From contig OZ287073.1 in assembly GCA_965645245.1 (NCBI GenBank), positions 2,232,001 to 2,296,000 of the forward strand: a stretch of 64,000 nt of DNA. Reading direction: 5' to 3'. A program made the position numbers and the translations under genes. Source of the DNA: Massalongia carnosa. Taxonomy: Eukaryota. The notes under the pieces were generated by a model that made no database searches, had not been told where the DNA came from, and was given only the letters and a program-made list of their open reading frames with translations. Shown here in pieces: positions 62,504-64,000 of this stretch. Position 1 is the stretch's first letter; the number at the start of each line of letters is the position of its first letter.

Positions 62504-62684
62504 CGCGGATATGGAGAATTGGCGGCAATATTGGATTGGATCGTCCTTGTGAGTGAGGCCATGGAAATACGGGATCGTAAGGTCTTGGCCGGTTGGAAAA
62601 CATATCTTAGACGGGGTTGTCTAAGAGATGCTTCATTGTGATAAATAAGGGTCATAGAATAATCACACGATAAGCTGTGGACTA

Positions 62685-64000
62685 CAGTCCCGTGCCAAAA
62701 GTCTGCGGCCCAACCCGTAATTTTCGTGATTTCGCGTTTTCAACTCATCAACCCCCTATCTTCCACCTCATCATTTCACCATGCTTCGTGCTTCTTTGAC
62801 CCCCATAAGTGGTAATCGGCCTCGTAACACTGAATTGACGCCATATCAACGTGGTATGATTGTTGGGGCCCAGGCGTTGGGGCACATACCGACCGAGATT
62901 GGGAAGACTCTTAATTTCACTAAATCGACCGTGCAGAGCACCATTCAGAAGCACTCAATTCGCAACGACGGCGTGTCTAAATCACGTTCTGGACGGCCTG
63001 AAGTGCTGTCAGAACGCGATCGACGTTATATCATCAAGCATGCACGAATCAATCCACGAATCACTTATGCACAAATCAAACTAGAAGTGGGGCTCGGCTG
63101 CAGTCGTACGACTATTTATCGGGCACTCAAACTGTATGGTTTAACCAACTGGGTGGCTAAAAAACGACCTTTATTGACGCCTGAGGTGGCCAAGAAACGA
63201 TTGGATTAGTGCTTGCTGCGGCGTGAGTGGACTTTTGAGCAGTGGTCAAGAGTTATATGGTCAGATGAGTGCTCGGTGGAAAAGGGGTCAGGAAAACAGC
63301 GTCAGTGGGTGTTCAGATTGCCGAAAGAAAAATGGAATAAAGAGATGATACAACCTGTCCCCAAAGGCAAAGGAGTCAGTGTCATGGTCTGGGCAGCTTT
63401 TTGGGGAGATGACAGGTCAGATCTTTACAAATTGGCTCGTGATTTTGCTGCGAAGAAGATGGGGTACTCGGCGAACTCATATATGGAACTATTGAACGAT
63501 AATCTGCTTGGAATTTGGCAACCGGGCCTCATTTTCATGCAGGATAACGCACCTATACATAAGGCTAAAAAGGTGATGGAATGGTTCAATGAGAACGGCA
63601 TAGAGGTCATCGATTGGCCCCCTTATTCACCTGATTTAAATCCCATCGAGCACGTTTGGTATGTGCTCAAAAAGCTCGTCTATCAAGTCAACCAGAACAT
63701 AGATTTGGTGATCGGCAGTGATGAAACTGTTCGTGAGGTACTTTGGAAAGCGTTAGAAGAAGCCTGGACGTTGATAGATGTGAAAATGATGAGGAGGTTA
63801 ATAGAGAGCATGAATAGGAGGATAAAATCGTGTATAGCGTCGGAAGGATGGTATACTAAATATTAAAAATTAATTTTTGGGGGAATTCTTGTTCAGTATG
63901 TATGTAATCATTATGTAAAGTTTCAAGACATTTCAGCAATCGTGACGTGGTTGATTGTTGATTGAATAAAAATGTTGGTGGGGTGCGGGGCCACAGACTT
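62685..64000 (+). mobile_element. Tc1-family (DD34E) transposon copy A2; right TIR runs off the window
   Basis: TA followed by CAGTCCCGTGCCAAAAGTCTG. The window ends in CAGACTT, the start of the inverted copy. Related to 15032-16705. Confidence 0.92.
62781..63866 (+). pseudogene. Tc1 transposase, intact except for one in-frame TAG at 63207-63209
   Basis: HTH domain, then WSDE, MQDNA and SPDLNPIE with D-34-E spacing. Both ORF halves are in the same frame. Confidence 0.88.

Overview
Eukaryotic DNA from a filamentous ascomycete, inferred from GT..AG introns with CTAAC-type branch points and from the fungal transposon families present. About 1-31 kb is a deeply nested transposon island. A piggyBac is split by a Ty1/copia element with non-canonical TA...TA LTR ends, which is itself split by an intact copia carrying a third, unrelated internal LTR and a hairpin array. 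Next come a deleted Fot1/pogo element, a Tc1, a Tad1-like LINE split by a Tigger-like and a Mutator element, and a second Tc1 holding a tyrosine-recombinase (Ngaro/DIRS-type) retrotransposon, a solo LTR and a second Mutator copy. From 31 to 64 kb, accessory-type genes (SAM methyltransferase, caspase-fold protease-like gene, multi-C2H2 protein, and a GTPase-RING-patatin fusion) are interspersed with an apparently intact hAT element, a third copia, a probably self-priming TRIM, hAT MITEs, solo LTRs, stop-riddled pseudogenes and another Tc1. Most boundaries are supported by target-site duplications (TSDs) and terminal repeats read directly from the sequence. Protein calls rest on motif recognition only; no database search was run.
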